From: an uncultured Verrucomicrobiae bacterium
Lineage (GTDB): Bacteria; Verrucomicrobiota; Verrucomicrobiia; Palsa-1439
DNA length: 64,000 bases
NCBI GenBank assembly: GCA_963812605.1
Contig: CAWEWF010000006.1
Coordinates: 1 to 64,000 of the forward strand
Reading direction: 5' to 3'
Below the pieces are notes generated by a model. The model did not search any database and was not told the origin of the DNA. It saw only the letters and a list, made by a program, of their open reading frames with translations. Below are positions 31,926-40,967 of this stretch, piece by piece (position 1 is the first letter of the stretch; every line of letters starts with the position of its first letter). Position numbers and translations under genes: made by a program.

Positions 31926-33565
31926 GGCCGGTTAATGAAATAAATGCGCATCGGGCCAAAGTTGGTGCTGGTACCGCCAAAGTTTATCCGGGCGGCGTCG
32001 AAGCTCGTTCGATTGTCATCCACGACCAGCACGAGTGAATTGGTGGGCAACACGTCTCCGTGACCATACAACATCGCCAGGAAGGGTAAATCCAACTGTG
32101 CCGGTTCCGCGCGCTGCCAATGATCCATCTGCAACAGCCGGTTCTCCTGGACCAGCTTCCCGGTGTCCGCTTGCGCCGCCACAAATTTCGCCGCCACCTG
32201 TTTGAATCCAAGCCCGGATCCATACGTGCCCTGCGCCCCGCCATAACGGCTGAGGTACGAATTCACATCCAACAAAAAGATGACGTTGCCGACGAGGAAC
32301 ACCGCGATAACGGCCATCAGGATTTTTACTGGTACAGCCCGTTGGGCCAGCGCCCCAAAAATCAGGAAGAACACGGGATACATGATCACATAGTACGACA
32401 AATACGTCCACAACCCGGCGACAAGATACACGCCCAGCGGCACGATAAACCACAGCACCAGAATCCAGGCCCGCTTCGATTCTTCATCCGCCGTCACTTC
32501 CCGCCGGAAAACGGTTTTCTGGGACTTCGCGGCCACCACGCCGAACCACGCCAGGGCTGCGAGAACCGCCAGCCGTTGCAGTGCCGGCAGCCAATCCCCC
32601 AGCGTCAGCGTCGAATCGAAATACCGATTCTGTCCCGCGCCCTTGCTGATCCAAATCCGGTTCGGATCGAATCTCTCGCTGGTGCTCAATCCCAGCACGT
32701 CCTCGATCTCGCCGCCATTCATGATCGACAGCGCATGTTGCCACGCCTCCGTCGGTCGTCGCGGAAATGGATAGCCGCTCTGCGGATTGATCGTCACGCC
32801 GAGCGGAAGTTGCTCCCAGCGGCTGCTGCTGCGCTCTTCCGACATCCGCTTCCATTCCGCCCAGCCATTCCTCTGTTGCGCCATCACGTACGGCACTGCC
32901 AGGGCCATCGCCAGCAGGACGCCGGCAATCGCCAGCCGCCAATCGATCTTCGGTCGCAGGAGAAGCAGGATCGCCACCACCGTCGCGGTCAGCGCGAACC
33001 CACTGTAGTGAATCTGGATCACGCAGAGCGGCAGGCACAATGCCCAAAACACCGCTTTCGGTTTCTTTCCGAGGACCAGCGCGTGCACCGCCCACATCGT
33101 CGCGGTGGCGAACACCGGCACAAAATCCTGCGCCCAGATTTTCCGGGAATAAATCACCGCCCACGGCGCGGTGGCAAACAAGGCCGCCGCCAACAGGCCG
33201 GTCAGCGGACCATAATACTTCCGCCCGATCCACCACGTCGCGACCACCGCTGCCAGTCCGAGACTGGCGATCAGGCAGCATACCCCCGTGATGCTCGACG
33301 TGACGAAGAACATCGGGATCAGCAACCAGATGAACAGCGGCGGGTTCGACACGCCTACGCTCGACATCAAACCCGACGTCGGCAGCTTGCCGCCCCGCAC
33401 AAACTCCAGCGCCCGGTTCGCCGCAAACGCCTCGTCGCCCTTGAATTCCAGCAATTCCAAGTGCTGAAATCGCAACCAGGCACCGACCGCGACAATTACC
33501 GCCAGAATGAGCCACTCCGCCTTGATCGAGAGTGGCAAGCCGGGCGTTGACTGCGGTTTTTTCAA
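31922..33565 (-). CDS. GT-C (ArnT/PMT_2-like) membrane glycosyltransferase
   Basis: GAWLRF..FKGDEA, NPPLF, APWAVIYSRKIW. Confidence 0.85.
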   Translation of the reverse strand: MKKPQSTPGLPLSIKAEWLILAVIVAVGAWLRFQHLELLEFKGDEAFAANRALEFVRGGKLPTSGLMSSVGVSNPPLFIWLLIPMFFVTSSITGVCCLIASLGLAAVVATWWIGRKYYGPLTGLLAAALFATAPWAVIYSRKIWAQDFVPVFATATMWAVHALVLGKKPKAVFWALCLPLCVIQIHYSGFALTATVVAILLLLRPKIDWRLAIAGVLLAMALAVPYVMAQQRNGWAEWKRMSEERSSSRWEQLPLGVTINPQSGYPFPRRPTEAWQHALSIMNGGEIEDVLGLSTSERFDPNRIWISKGAGQNRYFDSTLTLGDWLPALQRLAVLAALAWFGVVAAKSQKTVFRREVTADEESKRAWILVLWFIVPLGVYLVAGLWTYLSYYVIMYPVFFLIFGALAQRAVPVKILMAVIAVFLVGNVIFLLDVNSYLSRYGGAQGTYGSGLGFKQVAAKFVAAQADTGKLVQENRLLQMDHWQRAEPAQLDLPFLAMLYGHGDVLPTNSLVLVVDDNRTSFDAARINFGGTSTNFGPMRIYFINRP

Positions 33566-34314
33566 CGCGTTCTCGCTTTCAATGCCCGAACGACTTTTTG
33601 GACCCGGTTGATGCGAAACAGTTCAAGCCAAATACTCACCGCACGGCGCAAGTTATAGGGAATGCGCGTGTCGGGATCGTGGACCCACGGCACCGCGACT
33701 TCCGCGATCCGATACCCTTCCCGCGTGGCCACCACCAGCATCTCAATGTCGAAGATCGCCGAGTTTGACGTGACCTGCGGAAATACTTTCCGGGCCACCT
33801 CGCCCTTCATCGCCTTGAAACCGCATTGCGTGTCGTAAAAGCCGCGGATGCAGAAGAGTTTCGTCCCGACCCCGAAAAGTTTTCCCGCCAACGCGCGATA
33901 CCAGGCCTGTGGTTGTTCCACGCGGGCGCCCGGCACCGCCCGCGAGCCGATCGCCATATCGTATCCTTCGCGTTCCAATTTCGGGAGCAACTTCTCCACG
34001 GCCGTGATCGGCGTGCTCTGGTCCGCATCGGTGAAAAGCGCGAACTGACCGCGCGCGTCGAGCATGCCCGCCTTCACCGCGCCGCCTTTGCCTCGATTGG
34101 GATTGAGGTCGATCAGTCGCAACATGGGAAACTCATTTGACAATTCGCGCGTCACTTTCGCCGTGTCGTCCCGGCTGCCGTCGTTGACCACGATAATCTC
34201 AAAGGATTGCCCCTTCGATTGCAGAAACTTGACGATCCCGGGTACGAAACGCTTGAGTCGTTCCTGCTCGTTGTACGCGGGAATAACGACCGACAGGTAC
34301 GGGCGCTCTTCCAT
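33562..34314 (-). CDS. dolichyl-phosphate beta-glucosyltransferase-like GT2 (Alg5-like)
   Basis: LSVVIPAYNEQERL, VNDGSRD, NRGKGGAV, FTDADQS, DTQCGFK. Confidence 0.9.
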   Translation of the reverse strand: MEERPYLSVVIPAYNEQERLKRFVPGIVKFLQSKGQSFEIIVVNDGSRDDTAKVTRELSNEFPMLRLIDLNPNRGKGGAVKAGMLDARGQFALFTDADQSTPITAVEKLLPKLEREGYDMAIGSRAVPGARVEQPQAWYRALAGKLFGVGTKLFCIRGFYDTQCGFKAMKGEVARKVFPQVTSNSAIFDIEMLVVATREGYRIAEVAVPWVHDPDTRIPYNLRRAVSIWLELFRINRVQKVVRALKARTR

Positions 34315-34321
34315 CGCTGGT

Positions 34322-35446
34322 TCAGGTTGCTTTCCGCAACGCGCCCATTTCGCGCAGCTTCGTTAGCGCTTCCGCGGCGTAATCCCTGTCCAGCTTTTGC
34401 CCGCGGATCCACTCAACATAATCGCGCACGCTGTCGCGCGGGGTTTTGGTCGGTTGCCAGCCGAGACGCTGGAGTTTGGAAATATCCGAGACGCTGTGGC
34501 GCGTATCGCCAACCCGGTACTCGCCGCTGATATTCGGCTCGAGGTTCACCCCGAGGGTTTCCCCGACGATCCCGGCAAATTCGACGACGGTGTAGCCGCG
34601 GCCACCGCCCACGTTGAACACCTCATAGTTCGCCGCATCGCTCTCCAGTGCCAACCGGTTGGCGCGAGCGACATCGCCGACGTTCACGTAATCCCGCAAC
34701 TGCCTGCCGTCCTCAAACACCGACGGGCGTTGTCCCTTCATCATCTGCAAGGTGAAAATGCGCAGCACGCCGGAATAAGCGTTGCGAAACGATTGGTGCG
34801 GCCCTTGCACGATCGAGTAGCGCAACGCCACGCTGGGGATGCCGTAGTTGCGCCCCAACGCGACCGCCATCAATTCCTGCGAGTACTTCGCGATTGAATA
34901 CTGGTTCTTCGGTCCCGCATGCGTCTCCAGTAACGTCAAGGATTGGATCGGCCCGCCGCACTTCGGGCAAAGCGGTTCCCATAAGCCCTTTGCCAGCCGT
35001 TGCGGATCGCGTCCGTCGGGGAAAACTTCGCCATCTTTCGCGCATTGATAGCGCCCCTCGCCATACACGAACTGGCTGCTGGCAACGACCACTTTCCGCA
35101 CCGGTAATTTTTCCGCAACAATCAATTCGTACAACAACGCCGTGCCGACCGAGTTCACGTGGAAAAATTGCGAAAAGTTCGGGAGCAAATCCTGGTAGGC
35201 GGCAAGATGGATGACGACATCGACTCCCCGCAGCGCCTTCGCCCAGTCTTCGCGATTGCGCACATCGCCCGACACGCGCTCAACGTCGCCGGACAACCAA
35301 TCGGGCCACGCGCCGTCGCCGGTATGCACCGGCGGCGTGAGATTATCGAGTACGCGAACTTCGTAGCCGGCGCGCAGGAGTTCGATCGCCGTGTGCGATC
35401 CGATGAAACCCGCCCCGCCTGTAATCAGCGCCAGACCTTTACCCAT
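34322..35446 (-). CDS. NAD-dependent nucleotide-sugar epimerase/dehydratase
   Basis: LITGGAGFIGSH, YSIAK, RDYVNVGDVA. Confidence 0.9.
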   Translation of the reverse strand: MGKGLALITGGAGFIGSHTAIELLRAGYEVRVLDNLTPPVHTGDGAWPDWLSGDVERVSGDVRNREDWAKALRGVDVVIHLAAYQDLLPNFSQFFHVNSVGTALLYELIVAEKLPVRKVVVASSQFVYGEGRYQCAKDGEVFPDGRDPQRLAKGLWEPLCPKCGGPIQSLTLLETHAGPKNQYSIAKYSQELMAVALGRNYGIPSVALRYSIVQGPHQSFRNAYSGVLRIFTLQMMKGQRPSVFEDGRQLRDYVNVGDVARANRLALESDAANYEVFNVGGGRGYTVVEFAGIVGETLGVNLEPNISGEYRVGDTRHSVSDISKLQRLGWQPTKTPRDSVRDYVEWIRGQKLDRDYAAEALTKLREMGALRKAT

Positions 35447-35450
35447 GCGC

Positions 35451-36050
35451 TTACCGGGAATGTGTTTCCTTCAATTTCTCGTACAAGTAGCCCGTGATGA
35501 TGTGGTCGAGAATCATGTGAACGTCTTCCACGGGACCGTATCCATCCGAGGGAACGACGAAACATATCTCCGCCAGCTTCGCCAGCTTGCCGCCGCCAAA
35601 TCCCGCCAGGCCGATTACTTTCACGCCGATCTGTTTCGCCGCCTCGACGGCGGCGACAATATTGGGCGAGTTGCCCGAGGCGGAGATCGCGATCAGCAGG
35701 TCGCCGCGCTGCGCCAGGTTCTTCAGCGGTTCGCTGAAGATGCGGTTGTAGTCCGTGTCGTTCGCCCACGCGGTCATCAGGGAAACGTTATCGGTCAGGG
35801 CGATGACGCGCAATCGCGGCCATGGCGCATCCCCTTTGTGGCCCAGCGTGCCTTTGCAGAGGTCGTTCATCATGTGCGACGCGGTCGCCGCGCTGCCGCC
35901 GTTCCCAATCACAAAGATTTGTCGTCGCTCCTTCTGCGCCAGTTCGATGGCCTGGATGATTTCGTCAACCGGCCCGAGCGGGATGCGATCCAGCACGTCT
36001 TTCAGCCCCCGAATATAATCCTTCGCGAAATCGCCTGCCTTTTTCATCAT
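35451..36050 (-). CDS. gmhA: phosphoheptose isomerase (SIS domain)
   Basis: IGNGGSAATASH, TAWAND, ISASGNSPN, GFGGG, EDVH. Confidence 0.82.
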   Translation of the reverse strand: MMKKAGDFAKDYIRGLKDVLDRIPLGPVDEIIQAIELAQKERRQIFVIGNGGSAATASHMMNDLCKGTLGHKGDAPWPRLRVIALTDNVSLMTAWANDTDYNRIFSEPLKNLAQRGDLLIAISASGNSPNIVAAVEAAKQIGVKVIGLAGFGGGKLAKLAEICFVVPSDGYGPVEDVHMILDHIITGYLYEKLKETHSR

Positions 36051-37031
36051 TCAATACCTTTGCATGTTCACGACAATGCGGCTGCCGCCGCGCTCCAGCC
36101 GAAAGGGCATTTCGCGCAGGTTGGCCAGCGCCTGGCGCACCGCCTGTCGTTTGTTGCTCGGCACGCACAACAGGAAAAATCCGCCGCCACCGGCGCCGGA
36201 AATCTTGCCGCCCAGCGCCCCGGCTTTCACCGCGCGCTCGTAAATCTCGTCCAGCTCCGTGCTGCTGACGCCTTGCGCAAGTTTTCGCTTGGCCTCCCAG
36301 CCCTGATGCAGGATCGCGCCCAACCCGTCGATGTCCGACGCCTCGATCAACTGCCGCACCTGCGCCGCCTGTTCCGTCATTTGTTGCAGCACTTCGACCT
36401 TGCCACCGATGTTGGATTTCTGTTGCGAGAGAATGCTCGACGCCTGCCGCGTCTTGCCCGTGTAGAACAGCATCAGCATGTTATCGAGGTCTTCGAGCAC
36501 CGTGCGCGTTGTCTTTACCGAGGTGATCTTCACCGCGCGGCCCGGGCCGAACTCGAAACAGCGCAAACCGCCGTACGCCGCGATGTATTGGTCCTGCACG
36601 CCAATCGGTTTGCCGAGAATGCCGATCTCGATTTCGCAGGCCTCGCTCGCCAGTTGCTCGACCGTGGGTGTCGCGCCCACGTGATGGTACAACGCGTTCA
36701 GCACCCCCACGGTGACGCTGCTCGACGACCCGAGCCCCGAACCTTCCGCGGGAATGTCCGAGAGAAAAGAAATCTCAATCCCCCTCTGCACCCCGACCTT
36801 GCGCATCGCCTCGCGCACCAGTTCGTGCTCGATCTGGTCAACGGACTCCACGATCTCCTTCTTCGTCCAGTTGACATAGATCTTGTCGTCGAATCGTTCC
36901 TTGGCGATACAGTACACATATTTGTCGATGGCCGTGCTGACCACGCGTCCGCCGTGTTTTTCAAAAAAGTCGGGGAAATCCGTCCCGCCGCCTGCGAGCG
37001 AAATCCGCAATGGTGTCTGCGTGATGATCAA
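36051..37031 (-). CDS. hddA: GHMP sugar kinase, HddA (heptose-7-phosphate kinase)-like
   Basis: TPLRISLAGGGTD, GSGLGSSS, GVQDQY, GGKISGAGGGGF. Confidence 0.8.
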   Translation of the reverse strand: MIITQTPLRISLAGGGTDFPDFFEKHGGRVVSTAIDKYVYCIAKERFDDKIYVNWTKKEIVESVDQIEHELVREAMRKVGVQRGIEISFLSDIPAEGSGLGSSSSVTVGVLNALYHHVGATPTVEQLASEACEIEIGILGKPIGVQDQYIAAYGGLRCFEFGPGRAVKITSVKTTRTVLEDLDNMLMLFYTGKTRQASSILSQQKSNIGGKVEVLQQMTEQAAQVRQLIEASDIDGLGAILHQGWEAKRKLAQGVSSTELDEIYERAVKAGALGGKISGAGGGGFFLLCVPSNKRQAVRQALANLREMPFRLERGGSRIVVNMQRY

Positions 37032-37745
37032 TTCAACACTCCCTGTTCAAAATCGTGCTGGGCTTTCGCCAACCGCTCGGGCGTGCCCACGTCCTGGATA
37101 TACGCCTCCGGCTTCATCGCGTACACCGGTCGGTCTTCGGCCAGCAACTTCGGAAACACGTCCTTTCCGAAATCGTAAAACTGTCCCGCCGGAATCGTTT
37201 CCAGCACGGTCGGTTCGATGACGAAAATACCAGCGCTGATGAGATTTGTCGAAACCTGTTTCGGGTCCGGCTTTTCGACAAAACGCAGCACCCGACCGTT
37301 CGAATCCGTCTCCACCACCCCGCCCGTCCACGGCTCGGGCGACGCAAATAGCGCCACCGTCACCTCGGCCTTGTGGGCCCGATGAAACTCGATCAGCGGA
37401 GCAAACTCAACCCGGACCAGGTTATCTCCGTAGAACACGAGGAATGTCCCATCGAGCAGTTCAGGTTCCATTTTCTTTACCGCCCCGGCAGTGCCCAGCA
37501 ATTCCGGCTCGCGCGAATAGGTGATCTTCACGCCGTACCGGCTTCCATCGCCAAAGTAGTTGGTGATCTTTTCGGGAAGATAGTGGAGGTTCACGATCGA
37601 GCTCGCGGATGCCCTGCCGCTTGAAAAGTTCCAGGTGATGTTCGAGCAGGGGCTTGCCGCCCACCGGTACCATCACCTTCGGAAGGTCCAACCCAAGCGA
37701 ACGCAAGCGTGTGCCCAGTCCCGCGGCCAGGATGAAGGCCTTCAT
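37028..37745 (-). CDS. sugar-1-phosphate nucleotidyltransferase, HddC/GMPP-like (frameshift near 37600)
   Basis: MKAFILAAGLGTRLR..LPKVMVPVGGKPLL joins NLHYLPE..LGTAGA..YGDN..FVEKP..DVGTPE. Confidence 0.85.
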
Positions 37746-37772
37746 CGCTTGCCCGTGTCGCCATTCATTTCT

Positions 37773-37807
37773 CCTCTCCCCTTGGGGGAGAGGATTAAGA
37801 TGAGGGG
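37773..37807. repeat. CCTCTCCC..GGGAGAGG palindromic repeat
   Basis: CCTCTCCCCTTGGGGGAGAGG..TGAGGGG; related copy at 49553. Confidence 0.7.
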
Positions 37808-37841
37808 AAAGGAAACCGTTAGGCGTAGGAAGATCATTGGG

Positions 37842-38492
37842 TCATACCCGCTCGCGCTGCGGCGGCGGAGGCGGCGAATCATCGGCGCCCGTGCTGCGCT
37901 CGCGCAGATAGCGGGACAACACGGCCCACGCCTTCTGCATCGCTTTCGCGCGATGACTGATGCGGTTCTTCACTTCCGGCGAAAGCTCCGCGAAAGTCTT
38001 TGTCTGGCCGTCGGCGATGAAAAGCGGATCGTACCCGAACCCGCCGCCACCGCGCTCGGCCTCGAGGATCGTCCCGTTGCAGATGCCTTCCACGCAGTCG
38101 CACAGGCCGTTCTCGTCGGCAATCGCCACCACGCATCGAAATCGCGCCGTGCGCTTATCATACGCCACGCCTTCGAGCCGCTGGAGCAGTTTCTTGTTGT
38201 TCTCGTGATACGTCGCGTCCTCGCCGGCAAATCGCGCCGATCTCACGCCCGGCTCGCCCTTCAAGGCATCTACCTCCAGCCCCGTATCGTCGGCCAGCGT
38301 CAACTTCTTCGCCGCCCGCGCCGTCTCCACCGCTTTCTTGATCGCGTTATCGCGGATTGTCGCGCCGTCCTCCACGACTTCCGAAAGCCCGCGAATGTCC
38401 GATGCCTGGACGGCCTCCAACGGCAGGTCCTTCAGCAAGGCAGTGAGTTCTTTCAATTTGTGTTTGTTGCGCGAAGCGACAAGTAATTGCAT
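37842..38492 (-). CDS. rdgB: XTP/dITP diphosphatase (Ham1 family)
   Basis: ASRNKHK, ADDTGLEV, PGVRSARFAG, GFGYDPLF, KNRISHR. Confidence 0.95.
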   Translation of the reverse strand: MQLLVASRNKHKLKELTALLKDLPLEAVQASDIRGLSEVVEDGATIRDNAIKKAVETARAAKKLTLADDTGLEVDALKGEPGVRSARFAGEDATYHENNKKLLQRLEGVAYDKRTARFRCVVAIADENGLCDCVEGICNGTILEAERGGGGFGYDPLFIADGQTKTFAELSPEVKNRISHRAKAMQKAWAVLSRYLRERSTGADDSPPPPPQRERV

Positions 38493-38556
38493 GGCCGCGC
38501 ATTATACCGCCCCGCCGCCAAAAATGAAGGACAGAGTGCGGGTCGTTCCCACCCCT

Positions 38557-38583
38557 TGTCATTCCGAGCTTGTCGAGGAATCT
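38557..38583. repeat. TGTCATT...GAATCT REP-like element
   Basis: TGTCATTCCGAGCTTGTCGAGGAATCT; related copy at 60980. Confidence 0.7.
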
Positions 38584-38624
38584 CCTGCGCCGCTACACTA
38601 CAAGCGAAGTCATGAGGGAAATCG

Positions 38625-39482
38625 ATGGCAAACGCCCAGCCCGATAAACAGAGTATTCTCGAAGCGATCAGACAAACTGCCAAAACGGTTGGTCATCCGC
38701 CCTCACGCACTGAATTCAAGGCGAATACCGGCATGACGGAGTACCGAGTCATGCAGCACTTCCCGAGTTGGCGAGAAGCTGTCCGTGCCGCAGGACTTCA
38801 ACCCGACGTAACACGCATCAAGATCGATGACGATCAACTCTTGAAGGACTGGGGCGAGCTTGTCCGGAAACTCCGCCAGATTCCCACCCGCTATCTCTAT
38901 GGACGAGAAGGCAACTATAGTCCCGGATCATTTGAAAAACATTTCGGTCCTTGGTCGGCAATCCCCGCGAGATTCCGTGAGTTTGCTCATGGCAAATCCC
39001 AATGGGCCGATGTCATTGCTCTACTGCCGCTGGTGACTCCCAAACCCAGCGTGGAGGTAATCACAAGCACAACAAGCTTTCCACCGGAAAGCCCTAGTCA
39101 GATTGTCGCTCGGCCAAGACATACAAAACTGGACGACCGTTCGACGTATGGCAATCCCATCGACTTTCGAGGACTTCGCCACGAGCCGGTGAATGAACAA
39201 GGCGTAGTATTTCTCTTCGGGATGGTGGCGAAGGAACTTGGTTACATGGTCGAAGCTGTTCAAACCGGATATCCAGACTGCGAAGCCAAGCGGCAAGTCG
39301 CAGGAGGCAGATGGCAAAGAGTAAGAATTGAATTCGAGTTCGAGAGCAGAAACTTTGACCATCCCCCTGAAGGCTGCGACGTCATTGTTTGCTGGCGACA
39401 CAACTGGCCTAATTGCCCGGAGAGAATCGAGGTCGTCGAACTTTCATCCGTGATTAAGACACTGGCCAAATCCGAAGATTGA
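38625..39482 (+). CDS. nuclease: 2x homing-endonuclease-associated helical repeats + PD-(D/E)XK-like domain
   Basis: Repeats (LEAIRQ..GHPPS..HFPSWREAVRAAGL; LLKDW..RQIPT..HFGPW); C-terminal NEQGVVFLF..YPDC..RIEFEFESRNF..IVCW. Confidence 0.78.
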   Translation: MANAQPDKQSILEAIRQTAKTVGHPPSRTEFKANTGMTEYRVMQHFPSWREAVRAAGLQPDVTRIKIDDDQLLKDWGELVRKLRQIPTRYLYGREGNYSPGSFEKHFGPWSAIPARFREFAHGKSQWADVIALLPLVTPKPSVEVITSTTSFPPESPSQIVARPRHTKLDDRSTYGNPIDFRGLRHEPVNEQGVVFLFGMVAKELGYMVEAVQTGYPDCEAKRQVAGGRWQRVRIEFEFESRNFDHPPEGCDVIVCWRHNWPNCPERIEVVELSSVIKTLAKSED

Positions 39483-39500
39483 CCGCCCTTTTTATTGCGC

Positions 39501-40937
39501 ATGAAACCGCGAAAGCGTGACGAATGGGAACGGCGGTTTACGGAACTGCAAGCTTTTCGCCGTCGGTTCGGTCATTGTCGCGTACCGGCGAATTGGCCGG
39601 AGAATCGAATGCTCGCCAAATGGGCCGTCGCGCAACGACAGCGATGGGGACATTCATCCATAGCGCAGCTACGGCGTTTGCATAGATTAGGCTTGGACTT
39701 CTGGTGGCGAGATCGGGAGTGGTTGGAAAAATTCTTCGAGCTGGTGGCCTACCAGCGTCGGCATGGTGATTGCCGCGTGCCACAACGGTGGCGCCCAAGT
39801 CCCGCATTGGCGCACTGGGTCGTGGGTCAACGCAGCAATGAGCGTTCTTGGGCACAGCGGCGCCATCTTGACCAGCTTGGCTTTGACTGGGGACCTCGCA
39901 AGACATGTTGGGACCGGTTCTTCGAGGAATTAAGAGCGTTCAAGCAGCGCCACGATCACTGCCGCGTGTTGAAGAAGTATGGGGCCAGCACTTCGTTGCG
40001 TTATTGGGTGGCAAATCAACGAGGCCGCTGGCGGCGCTACCCGCTTTCGGCTGCGCAAAAGGCAAGGCTGGATAGTTTGGGTTTCGAATGGAACCCGGCC
40101 ACTCGTCTACAGGAACCTATTGAAAGACATTTCGGTGAATTGCAACGGTTTAAGGCTCACTTCGGCCATTGCCGCGTGCCGCATGATTGGCCAGAGGATC
40201 CCAGATTGGGACAATGGGTGAAAAATCAGCGTTCCGCCAAACTATCTTCCAAGAGACGGCAACGGCTCCAGCAATTGGGATTCGATTGGAATCCATTCGA
40301 GACGATTTGGGAAACGCGCTTCGGAGAGTTGCTCGCCTTTCAACAGCGCTTCGGCCACTGCCTTGTCCCGCAACGATGGCCGGAGAATCGCGTCTTGGCC
40401 AGTTGGGTTGAAAGCCAACGGCAACTGTATCGACACGGCCAGCTTTCCAAGAAAAAGCAGGCGCGGCTGAACACGCTGGAGTTCGTCTGGGATGTGCCAC
40501 GTTTGTTCTGGGAACAGCAGTTCACCGATTTGAAGCGATTCAAAACACAGCACGGACATTGTTTGGTACCGCAAAAACAGCGAGCAGATCGCGCGTTGGC
40601 AACCTGGGTAGCCAATCAACGAGTTCTGGCGCGCCGGGATCGGCTCTCGTCCGATCAGAAAGCAAAGCTGGACGCACTGGGCTTTGTCTGGAGCGTCCTT
40701 CACCTCCAATGGGAGGAACGGTTTGCCGAGTTGAAACAATTTAAGACGCTTTACGGTCACTGCCGGGTGACGCAGCGCTGGCGCAGCGACAGAAGACTTT
40801 GGAGTTGGGTGTGTCGTCAACGAGAACGAAGACGGAGACGTCACCTGCCTGCCGAGCAGTTAACACGTCTGAATGCACTAGGATTTATTTGGCAACCTGA
40901 ACGAACTGCGCGTGTCGTACTGCGTAGACAATTCTAG
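39501..40937 (+). CDS. stand-alone protein of seven tandem helicase-associated (HA) domains
   Basis: Seven ~65-aa units W..F.EL..F...GHCxVP......L..WV..QR......L..LGF.W; no helicase motifs. Confidence 0.88.
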   Translation: MKPRKRDEWERRFTELQAFRRRFGHCRVPANWPENRMLAKWAVAQRQRWGHSSIAQLRRLHRLGLDFWWRDREWLEKFFELVAYQRRHGDCRVPQRWRPSPALAHWVVGQRSNERSWAQRRHLDQLGFDWGPRKTCWDRFFEELRAFKQRHDHCRVLKKYGASTSLRYWVANQRGRWRRYPLSAAQKARLDSLGFEWNPATRLQEPIERHFGELQRFKAHFGHCRVPHDWPEDPRLGQWVKNQRSAKLSSKRRQRLQQLGFDWNPFETIWETRFGELLAFQQRFGHCLVPQRWPENRVLASWVESQRQLYRHGQLSKKKQARLNTLEFVWDVPRLFWEQQFTDLKRFKTQHGHCLVPQKQRADRALATWVANQRVLARRDRLSSDQKAKLDALGFVWSVLHLQWEERFAELKQFKTLYGHCRVTQRWRSDRRLWSWVCRQRERRRRRHLPAEQLTRLNALGFIWQPERTARVVLRRQF

Positions 40938-40967
40938 CGTCCGCCCGTTATAGTGCGCGCTCTCAAT

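Noticed and set aside
26436-37178. Long plus-strand ORFs (e.g. 26436..28343, 32120..33550, 35391..37178)
   Set aside because: Antisense shadows of GC-rich real genes, with no protein motifs.
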